Of a stretch of DNA of 64,000 nt, positions 54,101 to 64,000 are shown piece by piece (position 1 is the stretch's first letter; every line of letters starts with the position of its first letter). The DNA comes from the human T2T-CHM13v2.0 reference genome, Homo sapiens. The notes beneath the pieces were generated by a model. The model searched no databases, was not told where the DNA came from, and saw only the letters and a program-made list of their open reading frames with translations. The stretch lies in assembly GCF_009914755.1 (NCBI RefSeq), contig NC_060942.1; one strand, 5' to 3'. Both the position numbers and the translations under genes were made by a program.

Positions 54101-55250
54101 ACTCCTTTTGTAGTATCTGGAAGTGGACATTTGGAGCGCTTTCAGGCCTATGTTGAAAAAGGAAATATCTTCCCATAACAACTAGACACAAGCATTCTCA
54201 GAAACTTGTTTGTGATGTGTGCCCTCTACTGACAGAGTTGAACCTTTCTTTTCATAGAGCAGTTTTGAAACACTCTTTTTGTAGAATCTGCAAGAGGATA
54301 TTTGCATAGCTTTGAGGATTTCGTGGGAAACGGGATTGTCTTCAGGTAAAATCTAGACAGAAGCATTCTCAGAAACTTCTTTGGGATGTTTGCATTCAAG
54401 TCACAGAGCAGAACATTCCCTTTGGTAGAGCAGGTTTGAAACACTCTTTTTGTAGTATCTGGAAGTGGACATTTGGAGCGCTTTCAGGCCTATGTTGGAA
54501 AGGGAAATATCTTCCCGTAACAACTAGGCAGAAGCATTCTCAGAAACTTATTTGAGATGTGTGTACTCAACTAAGAGAATTGAACCACCGTTTTGAAGGA
54601 GCAGTTTTGAAACACTCTTTTTCTGGAATCTGCAAGAGGATATTTGCCTAGCCTTGAGGATTTCGTTGGAAACGGGATTGTCTTCAGATCAAATCTAGAC
54701 AGAAGCATTCTCAGAAACTTCTTTGGGATGTTTGCATTCAAGTCACAGAGTAGAACATTCCCTTTGGTAGAGCAGGTTTGAAACACTCTTTTTTTAGTAT
54801 ATGGAAGTGGACATTTGGAGCGCTTTCAGGCCTACGTTGGAAAAGGAAATATCTTCCCATAACAACTAGACAGAAGCATTCTCAGAAACTAGTTTCTGAT
54901 GTGTGTCCTCAACTAACACAGTTGAACATTTCTTTAGACAGAACAGTTTTGAAACACTCTTTTTGTGGAATCTGCAAGTGGCTATTTGGCTAGATTTGAG
55001 GATTTCGTTGGAAACGGGATTACATATAAAAAGCAGACAGCAGCATTCTCAGAAAGTTCTTTGTGATGATTGCATTCAAGTCACAGAATTGAACATTCCC
55101 TTTCACAGAACAGGTTTGAAACACTCTTTTTGTAGTGTGTGTAAGTGGACATTTGGAGCACTTTCCGGCCTAAGGTGAAAAAGGAAATATCTTCCCATAA
55201 AAACTAGACAGAAGCATTCTCAGAAACTTACTCGTGATGTGTGTCCTCAA

Positions 55251-56943
55251 CTAAAGGAGTAGAACCTTTCTTTTCATAGAGAAGTTTTGAAACGCTCTTT
55301 TTGTGGAATCTGCAAGTGGATATTTGGCTAGTTTGGAGGATTTCGTTGGAAGCGGGAATTCATACAAATTGCAGACTGCAGCGTTCTGAGAAACATCTTT
55401 GTGATGTTTGTATTCAGGACACAGAGTTGAACATTCCCTATCATAGAGCAGGTTTGAATCACTCCTTTTGTAGTATCTGGAAGTGGACATTTGGAGCGCT
55501 TTCAGGCCTATGTTGGAAAAGGAAATATCTTCCCATAACAACTAGACAGAAGCATTCTCAGAAACTTATTTGAGATGTGTGTACTCAACTAAGAGAATTG
55601 AACCACCGTTTTGAAGGAGCAGTTTTGAAACACTCTTTTTCTGGAATCTGCAAGTGGATATTTGGCTAGCTTTGGGGATTTCGCTGGAAGCGGGAATACA
55701 TATAAAAAGCACACAGCAGCGTTCTGAGAAACTGCTTTCTGATGTTTGCATTCAAGTCAAAAGTTGAACACTCCCTTTCATAGAGCAGTCCTGAAACACT
55801 CCTTTTGTAGTATCTGGAACTGGACATTTGGAGCGCTTTCAGGGCTAAGGTGAAAAAGGAAATATCTTCCCATAAAAACTGGACAGAAGCATTCTCAGAA
55901 ACTTGTTTATGCTGTATCTACTCAACTAACAAAGTTGAACCTTTCTTTTGATAGAGCAGTTTTGAAATGCTCTTTTTGTGGAATCTGCAAGTGGATATTT
56001 GGCTAGTTTTGAGGATTTCGTTGGAAGCGGGAATTCATACAAATTGCAGACTGCAGCGTTCTGAGAAACATCTTTGTGATGTTTGTATTCAGGACAGAGA
56101 GTTGAACATTCCCTATCATAGAGCAGGTTGGAATCACTCCTTTTGTAGTATCTGGAAGTGGACATTTGGAGCGCTTTCAGGCCTATGTTGGAAAGGGAAA
56201 TATCTTCCCGTAACAACTAGGCAGAAGCATTCTCAGAAACTTATTTGAGATGTGTGTACTCAACTAAGAGAATTGAACCACCGTTTTGAAGGAGCAGTTT
56301 TGAAACACTCTTTTTCTGTATTCTGCAAGTATATATTTGCCTAGCCTTGAGGATTTCGTTGGAAACGGGATTGTCTTCAGATCAAATCTAGACAGAAGCA
56401 TTCTCAGAAACTTCTTTGGGATGTTTGCATTCAAGTCACAGAGTAGAACATTCCCTTTGGTAGAGCAGGTTTGAAACACTCTTTTTTTAGTATATGGAAG
56501 TGGACATTTGGAGCGCTTTCAGGCCTACGTTGGAAAAGGAAATATCTTCCCATAACAACTAGACAGAAGCATTCTCAGAAACTAGTTTCTGATGTGTGTC
56601 CTCAACTAACACAGTTGAACATTTCTTTAGACAGAACAGTTTTGAAACACTCTTTTTGTGGAATCTGCAAGTGGCTATTTGGCTAGATTTGAGGATTTCG
56701 TTGGAAACGGGATTACATATAAAAAGCAGACAGCAGCATTCTCAGAAAGTTCTTTGTGATGATTGCATTCAAGTCACAGAATTGAACATTCCCTTTCACA
56801 GAGCAGGTTTGAAACACTCTTTTTGTAGTGTGTGTAAGTGGACATTTGGAGCACTTTCCGGCCTAAGGTGAAAAAGGAAATATCTTCCCATAAAAACTAG
56901 ACAGAAGCATTCTCAGAAACTTACTCGTGATGTGTGTCCTCAA
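55251..56943 (+). repeat. 10-mer structural variant, copy 3 (chimeric, partial divergent haplotype)
   Basis: Anchor spacing 55251 to 56944; junction in 56141-56190. Confidence 0.92.
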
Positions 56944-58978
56944 CTAAAGGAGTAGAACCTTTCTTTTCATAGAGAAGTTTTGAAACGCTCTTTTTGTGGA
57001 ATCTGCAAGTGGATATTTGGCTAGTTTTGAGGATTTCGTTGGAAGCGGGAATTCATACAAATTGCAGACTGCAGCGTTCTGAGAAACATCTTTGTGATGT
57101 TTGTATTCAGGACACAGAGTTGAACATTCCCTATCATAGAGCAGGTTTGAATCACTCCTTTTGTAGTATCTGGAAGTGGACATTTGGAGCGCTTTCAGGC
57201 CTATGTTGGAAAAGGAAATATCTTCCCATAACAACTAGACAGAAGCATTCTCAGAAACTTATTTGAGATGTGTGTACTCAACTAAGAGAATTGAACCACC
57301 GTTTTGAAGGAGCAGTTTTGAAACACTCTTTTTCTGGAATCTGCAAGTGGATATTTGGCTAGCTTTGGGGATTTCGCTGGAAGCGGGAATACATATAAAA
57401 AGCACACAGCAGCGTTCTGAGAAACTGCTTTCTGATGTTTGCATTCAAGTCAAAAGTTGAACACTCCCTTTCATAGAGCAGTCCTGAAACACTCCTTTTG
57501 TAGTATCTGGAACTGGACTTTTGGAGCGCTTTCAGGGCTAAGGTGAAAAAGGAAATATCTTCCCATAAAAACTGGACAGAAGCATTCTCAGAAACTTGTT
57601 TATGCTGTATCTACTCAACTAACAAAGTTGAACCTTTCTTTTGATAGAGCAGTTTTGAAATGCTCTTTTTGTGGAATCTGCAAGTGGATATTTGGCTAGT
57701 TTTGAGGATTTCGTTGGAAGCGGGAATTCATACAAATTGCAGACTGCAGCGTTCTGAGAAACATCTTTGTGATGTTTGTATTCAGGACAGAGAGTTGAAC
57801 ATTCCCTATCATAGAGCAGGTTGGAATCACTCCTTTTGTAGTATCTGGAAGTGGACATTTGGAGCGCTTTCAGGCCTATGTTGAAAAAGGAAATATCTTC
57901 CCATAACAACTAGACACAAGCATTCTCAGAAACTTGTTTGTGATGTGTGCCCTCTACTGACAGAGTTGAACCTTTCTTTTCATAGAGCAGTTTTGAAACA
58001 CTCTTTTTGTAGAATCTGCAAGAGGATATTTGCATAGCTTTGAGGATTTCGTGGGAAACGGGATTGTCTTCAGGTAAAATCTAGACAGAAGCATTCTCAG
58101 AAACTTCTTTGGGATGTTTGCATTCAAGTCACAGAGCAGAACATTCCCTTTGGTAGAGCAGGTTTGAAACACTCTTTTTGTAGTATCTGGAAGTGGACAT
58201 TTGGAGCGCTTTCAGGCCTATGTTGGAAAGGGAAATATCTTCCCGTAACAACTAGGCAGAAGCATTCTCAGAAACTTATTTGAGATGTGTGTACTCAACT
58301 AAGAGAATTGAACCACCGTTTTGAAGGAGCAGTTTTGAAACACTCTTTTTCTGGAATCTGCAAGAGGATATTTGCCTAGCCTTGAGGATTTCGTTGGAAA
58401 CGGGATTGTCTTCAGATCAAATCTAGACAGAAGCATTCTCAGAAACTTCTTTGGGATGTTTGCATTCAAGTCACAGAGTAGAACATTCCCTTTGGTAGAG
58501 CAGGTTTGAAACACTCTTTTTTTAGTATATGGAAGTGGACATTTGGAGCGCTTTCAGGCCTACGTTGGAAAAGGAAATATCTTCCCATAACAACTAGACA
58601 GAAGCATTCTCAGAAACTAGTTTCTGATGTGTGTCCTCAACTAACACAGTTGAACATTTCTTTAGACAGAACAGTTTTGAAACACTCTTTTTGTGGAATC
58701 TGCAAGTGGCTATTTGGCTAGATTTGAGGATTTCGTTGGAAACGGGATTACATATAAAAAGCAGACAGCAGCATTCTCAGAAAGTTCTTTGTGATGATTG
58801 CATTCAAGTCACAGAATTGAACATTCCCTTTCACAGAACAGGTTTGAAACACTCTTTTTGTAGTGTGTGTAAGTGGACATTTGGAGCACTTTCTGGCCTA
58901 AGGTGAAAAAGGAAATATCTTCCCATAAAAACTAGACAGAAGCATTCTCAGAAACTTACTCGTGATGTGTGTCCTCAA

Positions 58979-60671
58979 CTAAAGGAGTAGAACCTTTCTT
59001 TTCATAGAGAAGTTTTGAAACGCTCTTTTTGTGGAATCTGCAAGTGGATATTTGGCTAGTTTTGAGGATTTCGTTGGAAGCGGGAATTCATACAAATTGC
59101 AGACTGCAGCGTTCTGAGAAACATCTTTGTGATGTTTGTATTCAGGACACAGAGTTGAACATTCCCTATCATAGAGCAGGTTTGAATCACTCCTTTTGTA
59201 GTATCTGGAAGTGGACATTTGGAGCGCTTTCAGGCCTATGTTGGAAAAGGAAATATCTTCCCATAACAACTAGACAGAAGCATTCTCAGAAACTTATTTG
59301 AGATGTGTGTACTCAACTAAGAGAATTGAACCACCGTTTTGAAGGAGCAGTTTTGAAACACTCTTTTTCTGGAATCTGCAAGTGGATATTTGGCTAGCTT
59401 TGGGGATTTCGCTGGAAGCGGGAATACATATAAAAAGCACACAGCAGCGTTCTGAGAAACTGCTTTCTGATGTTTGCATTCAAGTCAAAAGTTGAACACT
59501 CCCTTTCATAGAGCAGTCCTGAAACACTCCTTTTGTAGTATCTGGAACTGGAATTTTGGAGCGCTTTCAGGGCTAAGGTGAAAAAGGAAATATCTTCCCA
59601 TAAAAACTGGACAGAAGCATTCTCAGAAACTTGTTTATGCTGTATCTACTCAACTAACAAAGTTGAACCTTTCTTTTGATAGAGCAGTTTTGAAATGCTC
59701 TTTTTGTGGAATCTGCAAGTGGATATTTGGCTAGTTTTGAGGATTTCGTTGGAAGCGGGAATTCATACAAATTGCAGACTGCAGCGTTCTGAGAAACATC
59801 TTTGTGATGTTTGTATTCAGGACAGAGAGTTGAACATTCCCTATCATAGAGCAGGTTGGAATCACTCCTTTTGTAGTATCTGGAAGTGGACATTTGAAGC
59901 GCTTTCAGGCCTATGTTGGAAAGGGAAATATCTTCCCGTAACAACTAGGCAGAAGCATTCTCAGAAACTTATTTGAGATGTGTGTACTCAACTAAGAGAA
60001 TTGAACCACCGTTTTGAAGGAGCAGTTTTGAAACACTCTTTTTCTGTATTCTGCAAGTATATATTTGCCTAGCCTTGAGGATTTCGTTGGATACGGGATT
60101 GTCTTCAGATAAATTCTAGACAGAAGCATTCTCAGAAACTTCTTTGGGATGTTTCTATTCAAGTCACAGAGTAGAACATTCTCTTTGGAAGAGCAGGTTT
60201 GAAACACTCTTTTTTTAGTATATGGAAGTGGACATTTGGAGCGCTTTCAGACCTATGTTGGAAAAGGAAATATCTTCCCATAACAACTAGACAGAAGCAT
60301 TCTCAGAAACTAGTTTCTGATGTGTGTCCTCAACTAACACAGTTGAACATTTCTTTAGACAGAACAGTTTTGAAACACTCTTTTTGTGGAATCTGCAAGT
60401 GGCTATTTGGCTAGATTTGAGGATTTCGTTGGAAACGGGATTACATATAAAAAGCAGACAGCAGCATTCTCAGAAAGTTCTTTGTGATGATTGCATTCAA
60501 GTCACAGAATTGAACATTCCCTTTCACAGAACAGGTTTGAAACACTCTTTTTGTAGTGTGTGTAAGTGGACATTTGGAGCACTTTCTGGCCTAAGGTGAA
60601 AAAGGAAATATCTTCCCATAAAAACTAGACAGAAGCATTCTCAGAAACTTACTCGTGATGTGTGTCCTCAA
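58979..60671 (+). repeat. 10-mer structural variant, copy 4 (chimeric, partial divergent haplotype)
   Basis: Anchor spacing 58979 to 60672; junction in 59869-59918. Confidence 0.92.
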
Positions 60672-63600
60672 CTAAAGGAGTAGAACCTTTCTTTTCATAG
60701 AGAAGTTTTGAAACGCTCTTTTTGTGGAATCTGCAAGTGGATATTTGGCTAGTTTTGAGGATTTCGTTGGAAGCGGGAATTCATACAAATTGCAGACTGC
60801 AGCGTTCTGAGAAACATCTTTGTGATGTTTGTATTCAGGACACAGAGTTGAACATTCCCTATCATAGAGCAGGTTTGAATCACTCCTTTTGTAGTATCTG
60901 GAAGTGGACATTTGGAGCGCTTTCAGGCCTATGTTGGAAAAGGAAATATCTTCCCATAACAACTAGACAGAAGCATTCTCAGAAACTTATTTGAGATGTG
61001 TGTACTCAACTAAGAGAATTGAACCACCGTTTTGAAGGAGCAGTTTTGAAACACTCTTTTTCTGGAATCTGCAAGTGGATATTTGGCTAGCTTTGGGGAT
61101 TTCGCTGGAAGCGGGAATACATATAAAAAGCACACAGCAGCGTTCTGAGAAACTGCTTTCTGATGTTTGCATTCAAGTCAAAAGTTGAACACTCCCTTTC
61201 ATAGAGCAGTCCTGAAACACTCCTTTTGTAGTATCTGGAACTGGACTTTTGGAGCGCTTTCAGGGCTAAGGTGAAAAAGGAAATATCTTCCCATAAAAAC
61301 TGGACAGAAGCATTCTCAGAAACTTGTTTATGCTGTATCTACTCTACTAACAAAGTTGAACCTTTCTTTTGATAGAGCAGTTTTGAAATGCTCTTTTTGT
61401 GGAATCTGCAAGTGGATATTTGGCTAGATTTGAGGATTTCGTTGGAAGCTGGAATTCATACAAATTGCAGACTGCAGCGTTCTGAGAAACATCTTTGTGA
61501 TGTTTGTATTCAGGACAGAGAGTTGAACATTCCCTATCATAGAGCAGGTTGGAATCACTCCTTTTGTAGTATCTGGAAGTGGACATTTGGAGCGCTTTCA
61601 GGCCTATGTTGAAAAAGGAAATATCTTCCCATAACAACTAGACACAAGCATTCTCAGAAACTTGTTTGTGATGTGTGCCCTCTACTGACAGAGTTGAACC
61701 TTTCTTTTCATAGAGCAGTTTTGAAACACTCTTTTTGTAGAATCCGCAAGAGGATATTTGCATAGCTTTGAGGATTTCGTGGGAAACGGGATTGTCTTCA
61801 GGTAAAATCTAGACAGAAGCATTCTCAGAAACTTCTTTGGGATGTTTGCATTCAAGTTACAGAGCAGAACATTCCCTTTGGTAGAGCAGGTTTGAAACAC
61901 TCTTTTTGTAGTATCTGGAAGTGGACATTAGGAGCGCTTTCAGGCCTATGTTGGAAAGGGAAATATCTTCACGTAACAACTAGGCAGAAGCATTCTCAGA
62001 AAGTTATTTGAGATGTGTGTACTCAACTAAGAGAATTGAACCACCGTTTTCAAGGAGCAGTTTAGAAACACTCTTTCTCTGGAATCTGCAAGAGGATATT
62101 TGCCTAGCCTTGAGGATTTCGTTGGAAACGGGATTGTCTTCAGATCAAATCTAGACAGAAGCATTCTCAAAAACTTCTTTGGGATGTTTGCATTCAAGTC
62201 ACAGAGTAGAACATTCCCTTTGGTAGAGCAGGTTTGAAACACTCTTTTTTTAGTATATGGAAGTGGACATTTGGAGTGCTTTCAGGCCTACGTTGGAAAA
62301 GGAAATATCTTCCCATAACAACTAGACAGAAGCATTCTCAGAAACTAGTTTCTGATGTGTGTCCTCAACTAACACAGTTGAACATTTCTTTAGACAGAAC
62401 AGTTTTGAAACACTCTTTTTGTGGAATCTGCAAGTGGCTATTTGGCTAGATTTGAGGATTTCGTTGGAAACGGGATTACATATAAAAAGCAGACAGCAGC
62501 ATTCTCAGAAAGTTCTTTGTGATGATTGCATTCAAGTCACAGAATTGAACATTCCCTTTCACAGAGCAGGTTTGAAACACTCTTTTTGTAGTGTGTGTAA
62601 GTGGACATTTGGAGCACTTTCCGGCCTAAGGTGAAAAAGGAAATATCTTCCTATAAAAACTAGACAGAAGCATTCTCAGAAACTTACTCGTGATGTGTGT
62701 CCTCAACTAAAGGAGCAGAACCTTTCTTTTCATAGAGAAGTTTTGAAACGCTCTTTTTGTGGAATCTGCAAGTGGATATTTGGCTAGTTTTGAGGATTTC
62801 GTTGGAAGCGGGAATTCATACAAATTGCAGACTGCAGCGTTCTGAGAAACATCTTTGTGATGTTTGTATTCAGGACACAGAGTTGAACATTCCCTATCAT
62901 AGAGCAGGTTTGAATCACTCCTTTTGTAGTATCTGGAAGTGGACATTTGGAGCGCTTTCAGGCCTATGTTGGAAAAGGAAATATCTTCCCATAACAACTA
63001 GACAGAAGCATTCTCAGAAACTTATTTGAGATGTGTGTACTCAACTAAGAGAATTGAACCACCGTTTTGAAGGAGCAGTTTTGAAACACTCTTTTTCTGG
63101 AATCTGCAAGTGGATATTTGGCTAGCTTTGGGGATTTCGCTGGAAGCGGGAATACATATAAAAAGCACACAGCAGCGTTCTGAGAAACTGCTTTCTGATG
63201 TTTGCATTCAAGTCAAAAGTTGAACACTCCCTTTCATAGAGCAGTCCTGAAACACTCCTTTTGTAGTATCTGGAACTGGACTTTTGGAGCGCTTTCAGGG
63301 CTAAGGTGAAAAAGGAAATATCTTCCCATAAAAACTGGACAGAAGCATTCTCAGAAACTTGTTTATGCTGTATCTACTCAACTAACAAAGTTGAACCTTT
63401 CTTTTGATAGAGCAGTTTTGAAATGCTCTTTTTGTGGAATCTGCAAGTGGATATTTGGCTAGTTTTGAGGATTTCGTTGGAAGCGGGAATTCATACAAAT
63501 TGCAGACTGCAGCGTTCTGAGAAACATCTTTGTGATGTTTGTATTCAGGACAGAGAGTTGAACATTCCCTATCATAGAGCAGGTTGGAATCACTCCTTTT

Positions 63601-64000
63601 GTAGTATCTGGAAGTGGACATTTGGAGCGCTTTCAGGCCTATGTTGAAAAAGGAAATATCTTCCCATAACAACTAGACACAAGCATTCTCAGAAACTTGT
63701 TTGTGATGTGTGCCCTCTACTGACAGAGTTGAACCTTTCTTTTCATAGAGCAGTTTTGAAACACTCTTTTTGTAGAATCTGCAAGAGGATATTTGCATAG
63801 CTTTGAGGATTTCGTGGGAAACGGGATTGTCTTCAGGTAAAATCTAGACAGAAGCATTCTCAGAAACTTCTTTGGGATGTTTGCATTCAAGTCACAGAGC
63901 AGAACATTCCCTTTGGTAGAGCAGGTTTGAAACACTCTTTTTGTAGTATCTGGAAGTGGACATTTGGAGCGCTTTCAGGCCTATGTTTGAAAGGGAAATA

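Larger units (their letters stand above)
1..64000 (+). repeat. Alpha-satellite higher-order repeat array, 12-mer HOR of 2035 bp, dimeric SF2-like; probably human chr18 D18Z1 (S2C18H1L)
   Basis: ~170-bp monomers with typical alphoid motifs (CATTCTCAGAAACT, TTTGAAACACTCTTTTTG, CENP-B box). Identical ORFs recur every 2035 bp (310, 2345, 4380 ...). CENP-B boxes in alternate monomers. EcoRI GAATTC at 415 and 1090 gives 675/1360-bp fragments, matching the ~0.68/1.36-kb EcoRI units I recall for chr18 alphoid DNA. Alpha satellite is essentially certain; the chr18 assignment is about 0.85. Confidence 0.98.

Noticed and set aside
22-63935. About 250 short ORFs (61-96 aa) on both strands
   Set aside because: They recur with the HOR period, overlap on opposite strands and are translations of alpha-satellite monomers. 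Many start at non-ATG codons, they are freely truncated or extended by SNVs, and I recognise no protein domain.
1-64000. CRISPR-like appearance of conserved motifs separated by variable sequence
   Set aside because: The intervening sequences are homologous monomer parts repeated every 2035 bp, not unique spacers, and there are no cas genes.
1-64000. Transposon insertion (L1/Alu), inversion or non-satellite island
   Set aside because: The HOR anchors account for all length by 2035, 1693, 1360 and 1355 steps. All CENP-B boxes seen are on the + strand, and I saw no poly-A tail or foreign sequence.

Overview
The whole 64 kb is one uninterrupted, single-orientation tandem array of centromeric alpha satellite (~170-bp monomers). 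It is organised as a dimeric (suprachromosomal family 2-like) 12-monomer higher-order repeat (HOR) of 2035 bp, with a CENP-B box in every second monomer. The 12-mer period, the EcoRI spacing of 675 + 1360 bp and the 8-mer/10-mer variants best fit the active human chromosome 18 array D18Z1 (S2C18H1L). That assignment is from recall and was not confirmed by a search. Between anchors 310 and 62707 there are 32 complete HOR units: 26 of 2035 bp, four 10-mers of 1693 bp and two different 8-mers (1355 and 1360 bp). I see no genes, RNAs, transposon insertions or inversions, and all ORFs in the track are by-products of the repeat. I found no new protein-coding system. What is interesting is the recombination and mutation record readable in the variants: mappable deletion junctions, a length-neutral out-of-register monomer replacement, a dense substitution cluster next to the 10-mer junction that spread in whole and partial copies, multi-HOR duplications, three broken CENP-B boxes, and a shift from a homogeneous to a heterogeneous domain near 44 kb. 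All variant positions were read by eye and need confirmation by alignment.
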